Assembly (NCBI GenBank): GCA_020072815.1
Contig: JAIQGE010000014.1
Location: 7,223-71,222, forward strand
DNA: 64,000 nucleotides
DNA from: Terriglobia bacterium
Lineage (GTDB): Bacteria > Acidobacteriota > Terriglobia > Terriglobales > Acidobacteriaceae
Reading direction: 5' to 3'
The notes under the pieces are model-generated. The model worked only from the letters and a program-made list of their open reading frames with translations, searched no databases and was not told the DNA's origin. The stretch's first letter is position 1; each line of letters opens with the position of its first letter. Shown piece by piece: positions 25,886 through 35,493 of this stretch. The translations under genes and the position numbers were made by a program.

Positions 25886-27043
25886 TCACACCACCATCCG
25901 CTCGAACTTTCTTGCCGCCAGCAGGAGCACGCCTACGCCCATGATCGCCAGGACCAAGCCGTCCAGCCAGAGCTGGGGAAAGCCGGCGCCGCGCAGGATG
26001 ATCCCGCGAAAAATGTTGATCATGTAAGTGGCCGGAACAAAATTGCTGAGCATATGGAAGATGGTCGGCATAGTCTCTCGCGGGAACACGTAGCCGGAAA
26101 GAAAGATGCTGGGCAGCATGAGCGCCATGGAAGCCTGAATGGCTTCAGCCTGAGTGTTGGCGCGGACGCTGATCAGCATGCCGATGGCCAGATTCACAAA
26201 CAAGTAAATAGACGTAAGGCCCATCAGCAGCAGCACGCTGCCGTGCACGGGCACGCGAAAGACCACGCGCATGAAGGCCAGAAGAATCAGCATCTCGCCC
26301 AGCCCCATAAAAAAGTACGGCATGATCTTGCCCAGCATCAGGCCCAGCGGACGGACGGGCGTGACCATCAACTGCTCCAGTGTGCCGCGCTCTTTTTCGC
26401 GGACCACGGAAAACGCCGTGAGCATTACGGTAATCATCAGCATCAGCACGGCGATGAGTCCAGGCAGAAAGAAGTTGGGCGAGCGCGAATCCGGATTGAA
26501 CATCACCTTGGGCCGGATCTCCATGGATGGAGTGGCGCTCCCGCCTTGTGCCAGCACGCGCTGCAGCGACTGTTCCAGCCCGATGGCCCCGGCAACGTTT
26601 ACCGCCGTGCCCGCCGTGGAAGAATCCGATCCATCCACAATCACCATGACCTGCGCGGTTTCGCCGCGAAGCAGCTTGCGGTCAAAATCCAAGGGAATTT
26701 TCAGTCCGACGCGCGCCCTCCCGGAAACCATCTCTTCGTTCAGTTCGCGGTCCGAGTGGACGTACTTGTACACCTTGAAAGTGTCAGAGTTGATGAAGTG
26801 GTTGATCAGGTCGCGGCTGGCAGAGCTGCCGGTCTGCGTACCTTCCATCACGCCGCTCTGGTCGTACACCGCGGTATGCACCTGGCGGACGTTGGTATCA
26901 ATGGCCGCGCCCAGGATCACCATCTCAATGATGGGAACGATCAGCGCCAGCATCATGGCCATGGAGTCGCGGCGCATGTGCAGAGTCTCTTTGTAGAAGA
27001 CGGCGGAGAATCCGCGGAACAACCTTTTTGCAGGATTAAACAT
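25886..27043 (-). CDS. ABC-2 type transporter permease
   Basis: 385 aa; 6 TM, ABC-2 membrane domain; overlaps ATPase gene. Confidence 0.8.
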   Translation of the reverse strand: MFNPAKRLFRGFSAVFYKETLHMRRDSMAMMLALIVPIIEMVILGAAIDTNVRQVHTAVYDQSGVMEGTQTGSSASRDLINHFINSDTFKVYKYVHSDRELNEEMVSGRARVGLKIPLDFDRKLLRGETAQVMVIVDGSDSSTAGTAVNVAGAIGLEQSLQRVLAQGGSATPSMEIRPKVMFNPDSRSPNFFLPGLIAVLMLMITVMLTAFSVVREKERGTLEQLMVTPVRPLGLMLGKIMPYFFMGLGEMLILLAFMRVVFRVPVHGSVLLLMGLTSIYLFVNLAIGMLISVRANTQAEAIQASMALMLPSIFLSGYVFPRETMPTIFHMLSNFVPATYMINIFRGIILRGAGFPQLWLDGLVLAIMGVGVLLLAARKFERMVV

Positions 27044-28001
27044 TCGCCGCCTCCTGCGTCTGGCGCTTGTAGGTCAGTTCGACGAACACGTCTTCCAGGG
27101 TCGGCATAAGCGGGCGGACTTCCTGTGGCTCCACGCCGTGCGCGCGCAGGTCGCGCTCCAATTGCTGCTGGCTCACGCTTTCGTCCACCAGCGCGTGTAT
27201 GCTGCGTCCAAAGATGGTGGCGCTCTTGAGATACGGCAGCTCGCGCGCCTTGCGCAAAGCGGACGTGACCTGCGCGGTGTCAATCTCAAACCGCCGCGTT
27301 CCGGCGGGCGAGGCTTCTGGAAGCTCGCGCAACTGGTCGGGCGTGCCGTCGGCGATGATCTGGCCGAAATAGATGTACGCCAGATGGCTGCAGCGCTCGG
27401 CTTCATCCATGTAATGTGTGGTGACAAAGAAAGTAATGCCGTGGCCGGAGAGTTCAAACAACAGGTCCCACAATTTTCGGCGCGCCACGGGATCAATGCC
27501 CGCGGTGGGTTCGTCCAGGAACATGATGGTGGGGTCGTGGAGCATGGCGCAGCCCAGCGCCAGGCGCTGTTTCCATCCGCCGGAAAGCCGCGCCGCCAGC
27601 CGTCCCAAATACGGTTGCAGCGCGTTGCGCTCGATGGTCTGATTAATTTTGTCTTCCAGGTCCTGGCCTTTCAGGCCGTAAATGCGGCCGTAAAAGCGGA
27701 GGTTCTCTGCGACCGTGAGGTCGTCATACAAACTGAAGCGCTGGCTCATGTAGCCGATGTTCTGGCGCACGCCCTCCGGGTCCTGGCGCACATCAATGCC
27801 GGCCACCGTGGCTTCGCCGGCGGTGATGGGCAGGATGCCGGTGAGCATTTTGATCATGGTGGTTTTGCCGCTGCCGTTGGGCCCGAGGAAGCCAAAGACT
27901 TCGCCACGCTCAACGGTGATGCTGGCTTGATCAACAGCGGTAAAGTCGCCGAACTTGCGCGTCAGGTTATGCGCGACGATAGCTGAGCTGGCGGGGCTCA
28001 T
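27036..28001 (-). CDS. ABC transporter ATP-binding protein
   Basis: Walker A GPNGSGKTT, signature LSGGWKQRL, Walker B MFLDEPTAGID. Confidence 0.9.
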   Translation of the reverse strand: MSPASSAIVAHNLTRKFGDFTAVDQASITVERGEVFGFLGPNGSGKTTMIKMLTGILPITAGEATVAGIDVRQDPEGVRQNIGYMSQRFSLYDDLTVAENLRFYGRIYGLKGQDLEDKINQTIERNALQPYLGRLAARLSGGWKQRLALGCAMLHDPTIMFLDEPTAGIDPVARRKLWDLLFELSGHGITFFVTTHYMDEAERCSHLAYIYFGQIIADGTPDQLRELPEASPAGTRRFEIDTAQVTSALRKARELPYLKSATIFGRSIHALVDESVSQQQLERDLRAHGVEPQEVRPLMPTLEDVFVELTYKRQTQEAANV

Positions 28002-29086
28002 TTCGCCTCCAGGAACACCACATCGGCCTGCACGCCGGCGCGGAGTTCGTTGGACGGGTTCTCGACGCGGAGCTTCACGCCGAAGACTTGGTGCTGGCGC
28101 TCGTCGGCGGTCTGCACGTTGCGCGGAAGGAACTCGGCCTGCTGGCGGATCTGTTCCACGGTGGCGTTGAAGGCGCGTTTGCCGAAGGCGTCCACGCGGA
28201 CTTCAGCCTGTTGGCCTACGCGCACGCGGCCAACGTCATTCTGCGGAACGTAAACCATGGCATAAAGCTGGTTGGCTTCCAGCAGCTTGGCCACAGGAGC
28301 GTTGGCCGTGACCAAGTCGCCCGGACGCAGGTCAAGAACTTCCACCATGGCCGCGGCCGGCGCGCGGACTTCACGCTCCGCCCAGCGAGCTTCGGCCTGC
28401 GCCAGCTCGCCTTGCGCGCGGACCACGTCCGCACGGGCGGCGGCAATGTCTTCACGCCGTGGGCCGCGTTCTATCAGATCTTTTTGCGCCTGGGCTTCGC
28501 GCAGATGCGCGCGCGCCGCAGTCACAGCGTTTTCAAGCGACCGCACTTGCGCGCGGGCCTGGTCCAGCCGGGCCTGCGCGTCGTCACGCGACTGGGGAGA
28601 GAGGATCCCCTGGTCGGCGAGAGATGAGGTGCGCTGGTAAGTCTGCTCGGCGTTGCGGGCATCCGCTTTGGCGCGCTGCAAATCCTGTTCGAGCTGGGAA
28701 ATCTCTTCCACGCGATAGCCGGGAGCATGCTCGTCGGTCGCGGTGGCGGCGCGGGCTTGGGCAATTTCTTCCGGACGCGAGCCATGCTCCAGCTTCAACA
28801 GCGCAGCTCGGGCTTGCTCCAGGCGTCCGCGGGACTGCACCAACTGCGCGGCCAGCTCAGCGTCGTCAAAGGTGATGAGGAGCTGGTTGGGCTCCACGCG
28901 GTCGCCTTCGCGCACCAGGACTTTGGTTACCCGTCCGCCCACCTTCGATCCCACCGTGATGTTGCGCGCCTCCAGCGTGCCGGACGCGGTGATGGCCGAC
29001 GAACTGGAGCGCCACCACGAATAAGAAAAGCCCCCGGCCACGCCCAGAGCCACGATGCCAGTCAGAATCAGGATTCCGCGTTTCAT
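27998..29086 (-). CDS. HlyD-family periplasmic adaptor (membrane fusion protein)
   Basis: 362 aa; N-terminal TM, long coiled-coil, beta-barrel C-term; 4-bp overlaps with TetR and ATPase genes. Confidence 0.8.
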   Translation of the reverse strand: MKRGILILTGIVALGVAGGFSYSWWRSSSSAITASGTLEARNITVGSKVGGRVTKVLVREGDRVEPNQLLITFDDAELAAQLVQSRGRLEQARAALLKLEHGSRPEEIAQARAATATDEHAPGYRVEEISQLEQDLQRAKADARNAEQTYQRTSSLADQGILSPQSRDDAQARLDQARAQVRSLENAVTAARAHLREAQAQKDLIERGPRREDIAAARADVVRAQGELAQAEARWAEREVRAPAAAMVEVLDLRPGDLVTANAPVAKLLEANQLYAMVYVPQNDVGRVRVGQQAEVRVDAFGKRAFNATVEQIRQQAEFLPRNVQTADERQHQVFGVKLRVENPSNELRAGVQADVVFLEAK

Positions 29087-29799
29087 AAACTTTCCCTCTT
29101 ATCGCTACTCTGCTTTGCGTTCCCTGGTTCCGTTCTTTTTACTGACGGAGTCCCCGCGCCGCTCCAGAAGATTTCCAGCGTAACGTCCACCCAGGCCAGC
29201 AGGTCTTCGCCGGAAGTGAACGACCAAAGCAGCTCGGTGCCGAAGATGAACTGTTGCAAAGTGCGGCCAAGCACCGCAGCCGGGATGTCCGTGCGCACCT
29301 GGCCGATTTTTTGCCCGTGCTCCAGCAGGGCGATGATCGCCTGCCGCGCCTGCCGCAACACGGTGGCAAACCGCTCGCCCATGACGGGGTCGGTCAACGC
29401 CAGGCCAAACACGTTGCGGATGATCTTGGGGCTGCGCACCATGCTGTTGAGCAGGCGATGAGCAAACGCGCGCACCGACGACGGTATGTCCGTGGTCTTG
29501 GCCGCGCCGGCCTCCAGCTCCACAAACTGCTGTCGGACCGAATCGAAGATGGCCAGCAACACGGCTTCCTTGGCAGGGAAGTAATTAAAGAAGGTGCCTT
29601 TGCCCACGTCGGCGGCTTCAGTGATGTCTTCCACGGTGATCTCGGCGTAGCCGCGCGTGCTGATCAGTTCCATGGCGGCGGCGAGAATGCGTTGCTGGGT
29701 TTCTACGCGACGGCGTTCGCGGCGTCCCGGCTCGGGTGCGCTGAGATCGTCGTGGGCGAGTTGGTTGGTAAGATCCGACATGAGATGACTATAGATCAT
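29083..29799 (-). CDS. TetR-family transcriptional regulator (first gene of efflux operon)
   Basis: HTH TVEDITEAADVGKGTFFNYF; alternative start MSDLTNQ at 29781. Confidence 0.8.
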   Translation of the reverse strand: MIYSHLMSDLTNQLAHDDLSAPEPGRRERRRVETQQRILAAAMELISTRGYAEITVEDITEAADVGKGTFFNYFPAKEAVLLAIFDSVRQQFVELEAGAAKTTDIPSSVRAFAHRLLNSMVRSPKIIRNVFGLALTDPVMGERFATVLRQARQAIIALLEHGQKIGQVRTDIPAAVLGRTLQQFIFGTELLWSFTSGEDLLAWVDVTLEIFWSGAGTPSVKRTEPGNAKQSSDKRESL

Positions 29800-29875
29800 A
29801 TATGACTAACAGTCAAATACGACTAAACATATATTTATGACCTATGGTCTTGGTAGATTCGGCGTGTCGGAGGCG
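29800..29875. promoter_or_regulatory. AT-rich divergent promoter region with candidate TetR operator palindrome TGACTAACAGTCA
   Basis: TGACT-aac-AGTCA at 29803-29815, flanked by CATATAT / ATATATTTATG. Confidence 0.35.
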
Positions 29876-30012
29876 CTGTGTCGGGTTTCACACAGTGTCA
29901 GTTGCGGGACACGAAGACTGTTCGTTGTCGAGATTGTAAAGGACTATTTTTCAATGTTTTGAGCGTTGGAGCCCATCGTGCATTTTCTCCCGAGCGTGGG
30001 GAGGACAAAGCG

Positions 30013-30825
30013 ATGCGGCGGCTCGTAGCAATCCCAATCAAAACTTCAGCGGTGGCGGCGATCCTGTTAGCGGGGGTGGTTTATGTGGCAGCGGACGTCC
30101 GGCAGTCGGTAGCTCGGCGGCAGGAACGGCAAGCAGTCAGCACTCAGCAGTCAGCAGTCAGTCAGGTTGTGGGCAAGCAATCTGAGAGAGAGAAGACCCA
30201 AGACCAGAAAACCCAGAATCAGAAAGCCCAGCGTCAGCAGAATGATGAAGTGGCGGCGGAGCGGCAAGCCGCTCAGTTTCCTGCGCAGAAGCCTGCCAAG
30301 AAATCCAGCGACGGACACACCCGCCAGATCGTAATCAGCATCGCCGACCGGCAACTGGCGCTGCTGGAAGACGGCCAGGTGGTGAAGACCTACCCCATCG
30401 CCGTGGGCGCGCGCGTATCACCCAGCCCGGACGGCGACTTCGTGATCATCAATCGCGCCAAAGATCCCGCGTACAACAACAAAAGCAAAGGCACCATCGT
30501 GGAGCCGGGAAAGAACAATCCGCTGGGCTCGCGCTGGATGGGACTGAGCGCCCGCGGGTACGGCATCCACGGGACCAACGTTCCCAGCTCCATCGGCAAG
30601 GCAGCTTCGCACGGCTGCTTCCGCATGCGCAAGCAAGACGTGGAGGACCTCTACAGCCGGGTGAAGGTGGGCGACACGGTCGTCATCCGTCGGCAACGCG
30701 ACGCGATGATCGCCCGCGTCTTCTCGCACGACTCGGCTCCGGTGGTAAACGCTGCCGTTGAGGTCCAGGTGGCTTCCGCGGCAACGCCGGCAGCGACCAC
30801 GGCAGCGGATGCGACGGAGCGGTAA
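30013..30825 (+). CDS. L,D-transpeptidase (YkuD domain) with N-terminal TM and Gln-rich linker
   Basis: catalytic motif SHGCFRM; ORF track extends to 29878 but MRRLVAIP start with TM preferred. Confidence 0.75.
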   Translation: MRRLVAIPIKTSAVAAILLAGVVYVAADVRQSVARRQERQAVSTQQSAVSQVVGKQSEREKTQDQKTQNQKAQRQQNDEVAAERQAAQFPAQKPAKKSSDGHTRQIVISIADRQLALLEDGQVVKTYPIAVGARVSPSPDGDFVIINRAKDPAYNNKSKGTIVEPGKNNPLGSRWMGLSARGYGIHGTNVPSSIGKAASHGCFRMRKQDVEDLYSRVKVGDTVVIRRQRDAMIARVFSHDSAPVVNAAVEVQVASAATPAATTAADATER

Positions 30826-31201
30826 AGCAACAGGAGATTCACCGCAAAGGACGCAAAGGGCGCAAACGAAGTAAGAGTCGCAAAGCGAAATTCAGAAGGC
30901 AAAGCCGGAGTAAAGAACGCTCACCGCAGAAGGCGCAGAGAACGCAGAGGAAGTTGAGGGCTGCAAGTCGAAGTTCGAAAGCAAACGCAATGACGAACGC
31001 GCCGCAGAGATCGCAGAGAACGCAGAGAGCCAGCAGATCAAGTGGGACAGGAGAGGTGGACTCACTTGCCGGGAAAGTTGGTGGTTGCAGACTACCCAGA
31101 GCACCCCGGCAGGCGTCCAGTGCTCCTCCGCTGGGGTCTGTTGTTCTCTGCGTTCTCCGCGGACTCTGTGGTGATTGAGTTCGCACGAAACGGAGATTGC
31201 G

Positions 31202-32800
31202 ATGCTGTTGTTGAAGTATTTGCTGATGATCACCGGCTGGGGCCTGCTGATGGCGGCCGCGGCCAACGTTGCCAAGAATCTTTACAAAGTTGTCCAGTAT
31301 CACCGCCGGATGCGACCTATAGCTCCTCTTTCTGGCGCGCCGCCATTACCTGATGGAGGCGTTGCCGAAAGACCGCACCTGAACTGGACCACTGCCAAAT
31401 GGGCATTTCCTGCGGCTTGGCTGCCGCTCATTCTCGCTGCGAGCATAGTGGTGGTGCCCAGCGGGATGGGCGGCATCAGAGTGAGCCAAACCGCAGGGAC
31501 ACGCCCAGGTACGCTGTATCCCGGAGTGCACTGGACATTGCCGTTGGTGGATTCGGTGGTGCTGTATGACATCCGCGACCAGGTGTTGACCACTTCTTCC
31601 TCAAGTCGCGACGGCCTGGCCGGCGAATCCGGAGCAGAAAGCAAAGATGGGAAGAGCAAGAAGGCGGACGCGTTGAAGGTCCAGTCGAAGGAAGGATTGA
31701 GCATCGGGTTGGCGATCACCGTCCGCTACAAGCTTGATCCCAAGCGGCTGGATTTCATCCACGCCAATTTGCCGCAGCCGGTGGAGAAAGAAATTGTCCC
31801 GCCGGTGGTGTCCAGCGTGTTTCGCGAGCTGGCGCCCAACTACACGGTGCGCGAAGTCTTTGCCACCAAGCGCGAAGAAATCCGCCAAGCCGCGGCGGCG
31901 CGCATCGCAAAGAAGCTGGAGTCGGACGGAATCATGGTAAAGGAAGTCATGCTGCGCGACGTCCAACTCCCGGCCGAGTACGCCCGGGGACTGGAAGGCC
32001 TGCTTCTGAAAGAACAGCAGAACGAAGGCATGAGCGTGGAGACGGAGATGAAGGCCAAGCAGGTGAAGATCGCCGAACTGGAAGCCGAGGCGGCCAAGAT
32101 CCAGCAGATCAGGCAGGCGGAAGGCGCGGGCCAGGTACGCGTGCTGCAAGCCAAGTCGGAAGCTGACGCCATGCAATACACGCTGCCGCTCAAGCAAAAG
32201 CAAATCGAGCAGTCGCGCTTGGAAGCGGAAGCGCAGAAGGAAGCCACGGTGAAGTCCGCGGAAGCTGAAGCCCAAGCCAAGGTGATTGACAGCAAGGCCG
32301 AGTTGGAGCGGCGCAGCCTGCTGGCCGACGCTGAAGCCGGGCGCATACGCAAGGTGGCCAGCGCGGACGCCGAGCGCATGAAGACCGAAGCCACGCTGCT
32401 GAAGGACAATCCGCTGCTGATCAACAAGATCATCGCGGAAAGAATGTCTGACAAACTGCAGATCATGATGGTGCCGTCAGACGCGCGCATCTTCTTCAAT
32501 GACGTGCTGAAGAGTGGCGTTTCATCTCCGGATGCGGGAAGCAATGCAAAGCAACCCGCAACGCCGGCGAAGACGACGAGTCATCCGGCACGGACCAGGC
32601 GCAGCCCAGCGCACCTGTCCGCAGCGGGAACCGCAAGAGCTGGGGGCACAAGTAGAAGCAGCTCTTCGGCGGTCTGCAAGGAAAAGTTTCCACCGGAATT
32701 CCTGCCGGACGCCATTTCCGCCGAGATGGCGTCCGGTCCGGCGGAAAAATTCTATGGGCGGGGCCTGATGAACCCAGTGGTTCACTCACCTTTTCCCTGA
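31202..32800 (+). CDS. SPFH/band-7 (HflK/C-like) domain protein with extended coiled-coil and low-complexity C-terminus
   Basis: N-terminal TM; SPFH core GLSIGLAITVRYKLDPKRL...; Ala/Glu/Lys-rich coiled coil; ORF track start is TTG at 31175. Confidence 0.65.
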   Translation: MLLLKYLLMITGWGLLMAAAANVAKNLYKVVQYHRRMRPIAPLSGAPPLPDGGVAERPHLNWTTAKWAFPAAWLPLILAASIVVVPSGMGGIRVSQTAGTRPGTLYPGVHWTLPLVDSVVLYDIRDQVLTTSSSSRDGLAGESGAESKDGKSKKADALKVQSKEGLSIGLAITVRYKLDPKRLDFIHANLPQPVEKEIVPPVVSSVFRELAPNYTVREVFATKREEIRQAAAARIAKKLESDGIMVKEVMLRDVQLPAEYARGLEGLLLKEQQNEGMSVETEMKAKQVKIAELEAEAAKIQQIRQAEGAGQVRVLQAKSEADAMQYTLPLKQKQIEQSRLEAEAQKEATVKSAEAEAQAKVIDSKAELERRSLLADAEAGRIRKVASADAERMKTEATLLKDNPLLINKIIAERMSDKLQIMMVPSDARIFFNDVLKSGVSSPDAGSNAKQPATPAKTTSHPARTRRSPAHLSAAGTARAGGTSRSSSSAVCKEKFPPEFLPDAISAEMASGPAEKFYGRGLMNPVVHSPFP

Positions 32801-32855
32801 TTGCCAAAGCTCCGGCTTCCAGTTCTAATGAAAGGTACTTCGATCCTCAAATCCC

Positions 32856-34082
32856 ATGCGGAAGACAGCATCTCATCTGCTTGTTGTCGCGACGTTGGTT
32901 TTGTTCGCGCCGGTGTCCAACACGCGCGCCGGGGCTTTGTCGTCGCAACAGGATTCGCCGTCCTCTCTGGCTGCTGCCGCCGGCGAATTTGCGCAGCAGA
33001 TTCTTGCCCGCACCGGACCGCTAGCCGCCGTGGCGGTGAGCTTCCAGAACACCTCGTCGCTGGCGCCGGAATCGCAAGAAGCGGTGCAGAACGGTGTTTT
33101 CACCGTGTTTCGCAATGCCAATGTTCGACTCGTCAAAGCCGAACAAGCGCAAGCGGAAATTGACATCAACCTTTCGGAGAATTGGCAGAGCTATGTGTGG
33201 ATTGCCACCATCCGGCAAGGGCCGCGCAGCCAGGTGGTGATGAAGCAGACGCCGCGTTCCGAGCGCGCACCGGCGCCGCGCGCGCCGGCGCTGACCATCC
33301 GCAAGAATGTGGTGTGGCAGCAGGACTCGCCCGTGCTGGATTTTTATCATGACAAAGACCATCTGGTGGTGCTGGAGCCGGACCAGGTCGCGATTTACTC
33401 GCAGGATGGCGAGCAATGGCGTTTGCGCTACACGTTGGGGGTGACGCATCCGGGCGCGTGGCCGCGCGATCTTCGCGGACGGCTGCAAGTAAACGGCGCG
33501 CAGGTCACGGCGTTCCTTCCCGGCTTGCGCTGCACCGGCGGCAGCTCTCCGCCGTCTCTCGACTGCCACGCCAGTGACGATCCCTGGCCCGTGGACCATG
33601 GCGCAGTGGTCGCGTTTTACAGTGCGCGTCGCAACTTCTTCACCGGTTTGCTGGCTGGACCGAGCGCCGGGGCTTCCGTAATTTCATTCTTCTCGGCGGC
33701 GGCGTGGCAGAACGGCGACGCGCGGCAGTGGCTCTTTACCGGAATTGACGGCCGCACCCGGCTTTATCAATACGAGCTGACCGCGCCGGTGGCCGTGTTC
33801 AATGCCTGGGGCAGCAACGTGGCGGCGGTGCATTCCAACTGCGGCGCGGGTTGGCAGGTGCTGGTCACCGCGCCCACCGATTCGCTCCACCCGGACAGCG
33901 TGCACGCCGTGGAGATTGTTGACCGTGGAGCCTTGCCGGTGAGTTCGCCGGTGGAGTTGTCCGGTCCGGTGGAAGCCTTGTGGGCTGCGGGGAAAAACGG
34001 CGAACAGGCCAACGGCGTAATGCGGTCATTGACCACAGGAAAATATGAAGCCTTCATTCTTACGGTTAGTTGCGGCCAGTAG
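32856..34082 (+). CDS. hypothetical secreted protein
   Basis: 408 aa; signal peptide MRKTASHLLVVATLVLFAPV; no known motif; 38-bp overlap with downstream SBP gene. Confidence 0.5.
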   Translation: MRKTASHLLVVATLVLFAPVSNTRAGALSSQQDSPSSLAAAAGEFAQQILARTGPLAAVAVSFQNTSSLAPESQEAVQNGVFTVFRNANVRLVKAEQAQAEIDINLSENWQSYVWIATIRQGPRSQVVMKQTPRSERAPAPRAPALTIRKNVVWQQDSPVLDFYHDKDHLVVLEPDQVAIYSQDGEQWRLRYTLGVTHPGAWPRDLRGRLQVNGAQVTAFLPGLRCTGGSSPPSLDCHASDDPWPVDHGAVVAFYSARRNFFTGLLAGPSAGASVISFFSAAAWQNGDARQWLFTGIDGRTRLYQYELTAPVAVFNAWGSNVAAVHSNCGAGWQVLVTAPTDSLHPDSVHAVEIVDRGALPVSSPVELSGPVEALWAAGKNGEQANGVMRSLTTGKYEAFILTVSCGQ

Positions 34083-35490
34083 CCTGCTGCTGATGGCCGC
34101 GGCGGCGCAGGCCGGTTCGCGTCCGCGCTACGGCGGCGAGGTGCGCGTGCTGCTGCATGACCGCGTGGCGTCGCTGGACCCGGCTGGGGAAGACGATCAT
34201 CCGGCATCGCGCGACCGCATAGCCGCGCTGATTTTTGAGACTTTGACCGACGTTGACGCGCAGGGCCATGCGCGTCCCCGACTGGCCAGTTCCTGGCGAT
34301 TCGATGCCGGCAAGCGCACGTGGACGTTCCGCCTGCGTTACGCCAACTTTCATGACGGCGCGCCGCTGGCCGCAGCCGACGTGGTTGCCAGCCTGGCCAA
34401 GAGCAGTCCTAATTGGAAATGTACGGCCGTTGATCGCCAGACCGTGAGCATTGAGACGCCGTCACCCGTCACCCGCTTGCCGGAACTGCTGGCGCTGGAG
34501 AAGTACGCCATCGTCAAGCGAATGGGAGACAACACCCTGGTGGGCAGCGGGCCTTACCGACTGAACGAATGGAAGCCGGGCGAGCGGGCGCTGCTTTCCG
34601 CCAACGACGACTACTGGGCGGGCCGCTCATTTCCTGACATGATTGAATTCATTTTGGGCGCGACGCTGCGCGACCAACTGGCGGAACGCCAACTGGGGCC
34701 TTATTCCGCCGCCGAGCTTACGCTGGACCAGACGCGCGCGGTGGAATCGGCCAACCAGAACATTTCTTTGTCGCGGCCGTCAGACCTTCTGGTGGTGCTC
34801 TTCTTCCAGCCAGACCTCGCGGCTTCTTCGGCCGCCCCGGCGAAGAAGGCCATTGATCCCCGCGTGCGCGAAGTGCTGGCTTATGCCCTGAACCGCGGCG
34901 CCATCAACAACCTGCTGCTGCAGAAGCGAGGCGCGCCGGCGTCCGGGCTGCTGCCGCAGTGGCTCACGGGATACGAATTTCTTTTTCCCGGCAGCTTTGA
35001 TCTGGAACACGCCAAGCAACTGCGGCAAGAAACCGCGGCGTTGGTGATTGTTCCGCGCATCTCGCTGGCGTATGACTTCGCCGACCCGGTGGCCAAACTG
35101 GTGGCTGAGCGGATCGCACTGGACGCGCGCGAAGCCGGGCTGGTGGTGCAGCCGTTCGCTGAATCTCATGTGAATAGCCGCTCGGCGCGAGCGGCCATCA
35201 ACGCGGACGCGGTGCTGCTGCGTATTCCGCTGGCTTCGCTGGAGCCTTCGGTCGCGCTGGCCGCGGTGTCCGATGAGCTTGGCCTCAGCGACGCGTCGGC
35301 TGCGGCGCTGAGCGCGTCGCGTCCGGAGGATGTGTTCGCCGCCGAGCAGAAAGCGCTGGAGCGCTTTCGCGTAATTCCCGTCGCGCACATTCCGCAGGTG
35401 CTGTGGTTGAATGTCGGCATCCGCAACTGGCAGCAGATGCCCAACGGCTCGTGGGCGCTGGACCAGCTGTGGACGGAAGGAATCAGGTAA
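34045..35490 (+). CDS. ABC transporter substrate-binding protein, family 5 (peptide/nickel/opine type)
   Basis: 481 aa; signal peptide; SBP_bac_5 N-terminal block GGEVRVLLHDRVASLDPA... Confidence 0.7.
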   Translation: MKPSFLRLVAASSLLLMAAAAQAGSRPRYGGEVRVLLHDRVASLDPAGEDDHPASRDRIAALIFETLTDVDAQGHARPRLASSWRFDAGKRTWTFRLRYANFHDGAPLAAADVVASLAKSSPNWKCTAVDRQTVSIETPSPVTRLPELLALEKYAIVKRMGDNTLVGSGPYRLNEWKPGERALLSANDDYWAGRSFPDMIEFILGATLRDQLAERQLGPYSAAELTLDQTRAVESANQNISLSRPSDLLVVLFFQPDLAASSAAPAKKAIDPRVREVLAYALNRGAINNLLLQKRGAPASGLLPQWLTGYEFLFPGSFDLEHAKQLRQETAALVIVPRISLAYDFADPVAKLVAERIALDAREAGLVVQPFAESHVNSRSARAAINADAVLLRIPLASLEPSVALAAVSDELGLSDASAAALSASRPEDVFAAEQKALERFRVIPVAHIPQVLWLNVGIRNWQQMPNGSWALDQLWTEGIR

Positions 35491-35493
35491 CGC

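Noticed and set aside
30954-31178. 74-aa plus-strand ORF in the AG-rich region upstream of the SPFH gene
   Set aside because: The translation is a basic low-complexity peptide generated by the CGCAAAG/GCAGAG repeats, more consistent with non-coding leader DNA.
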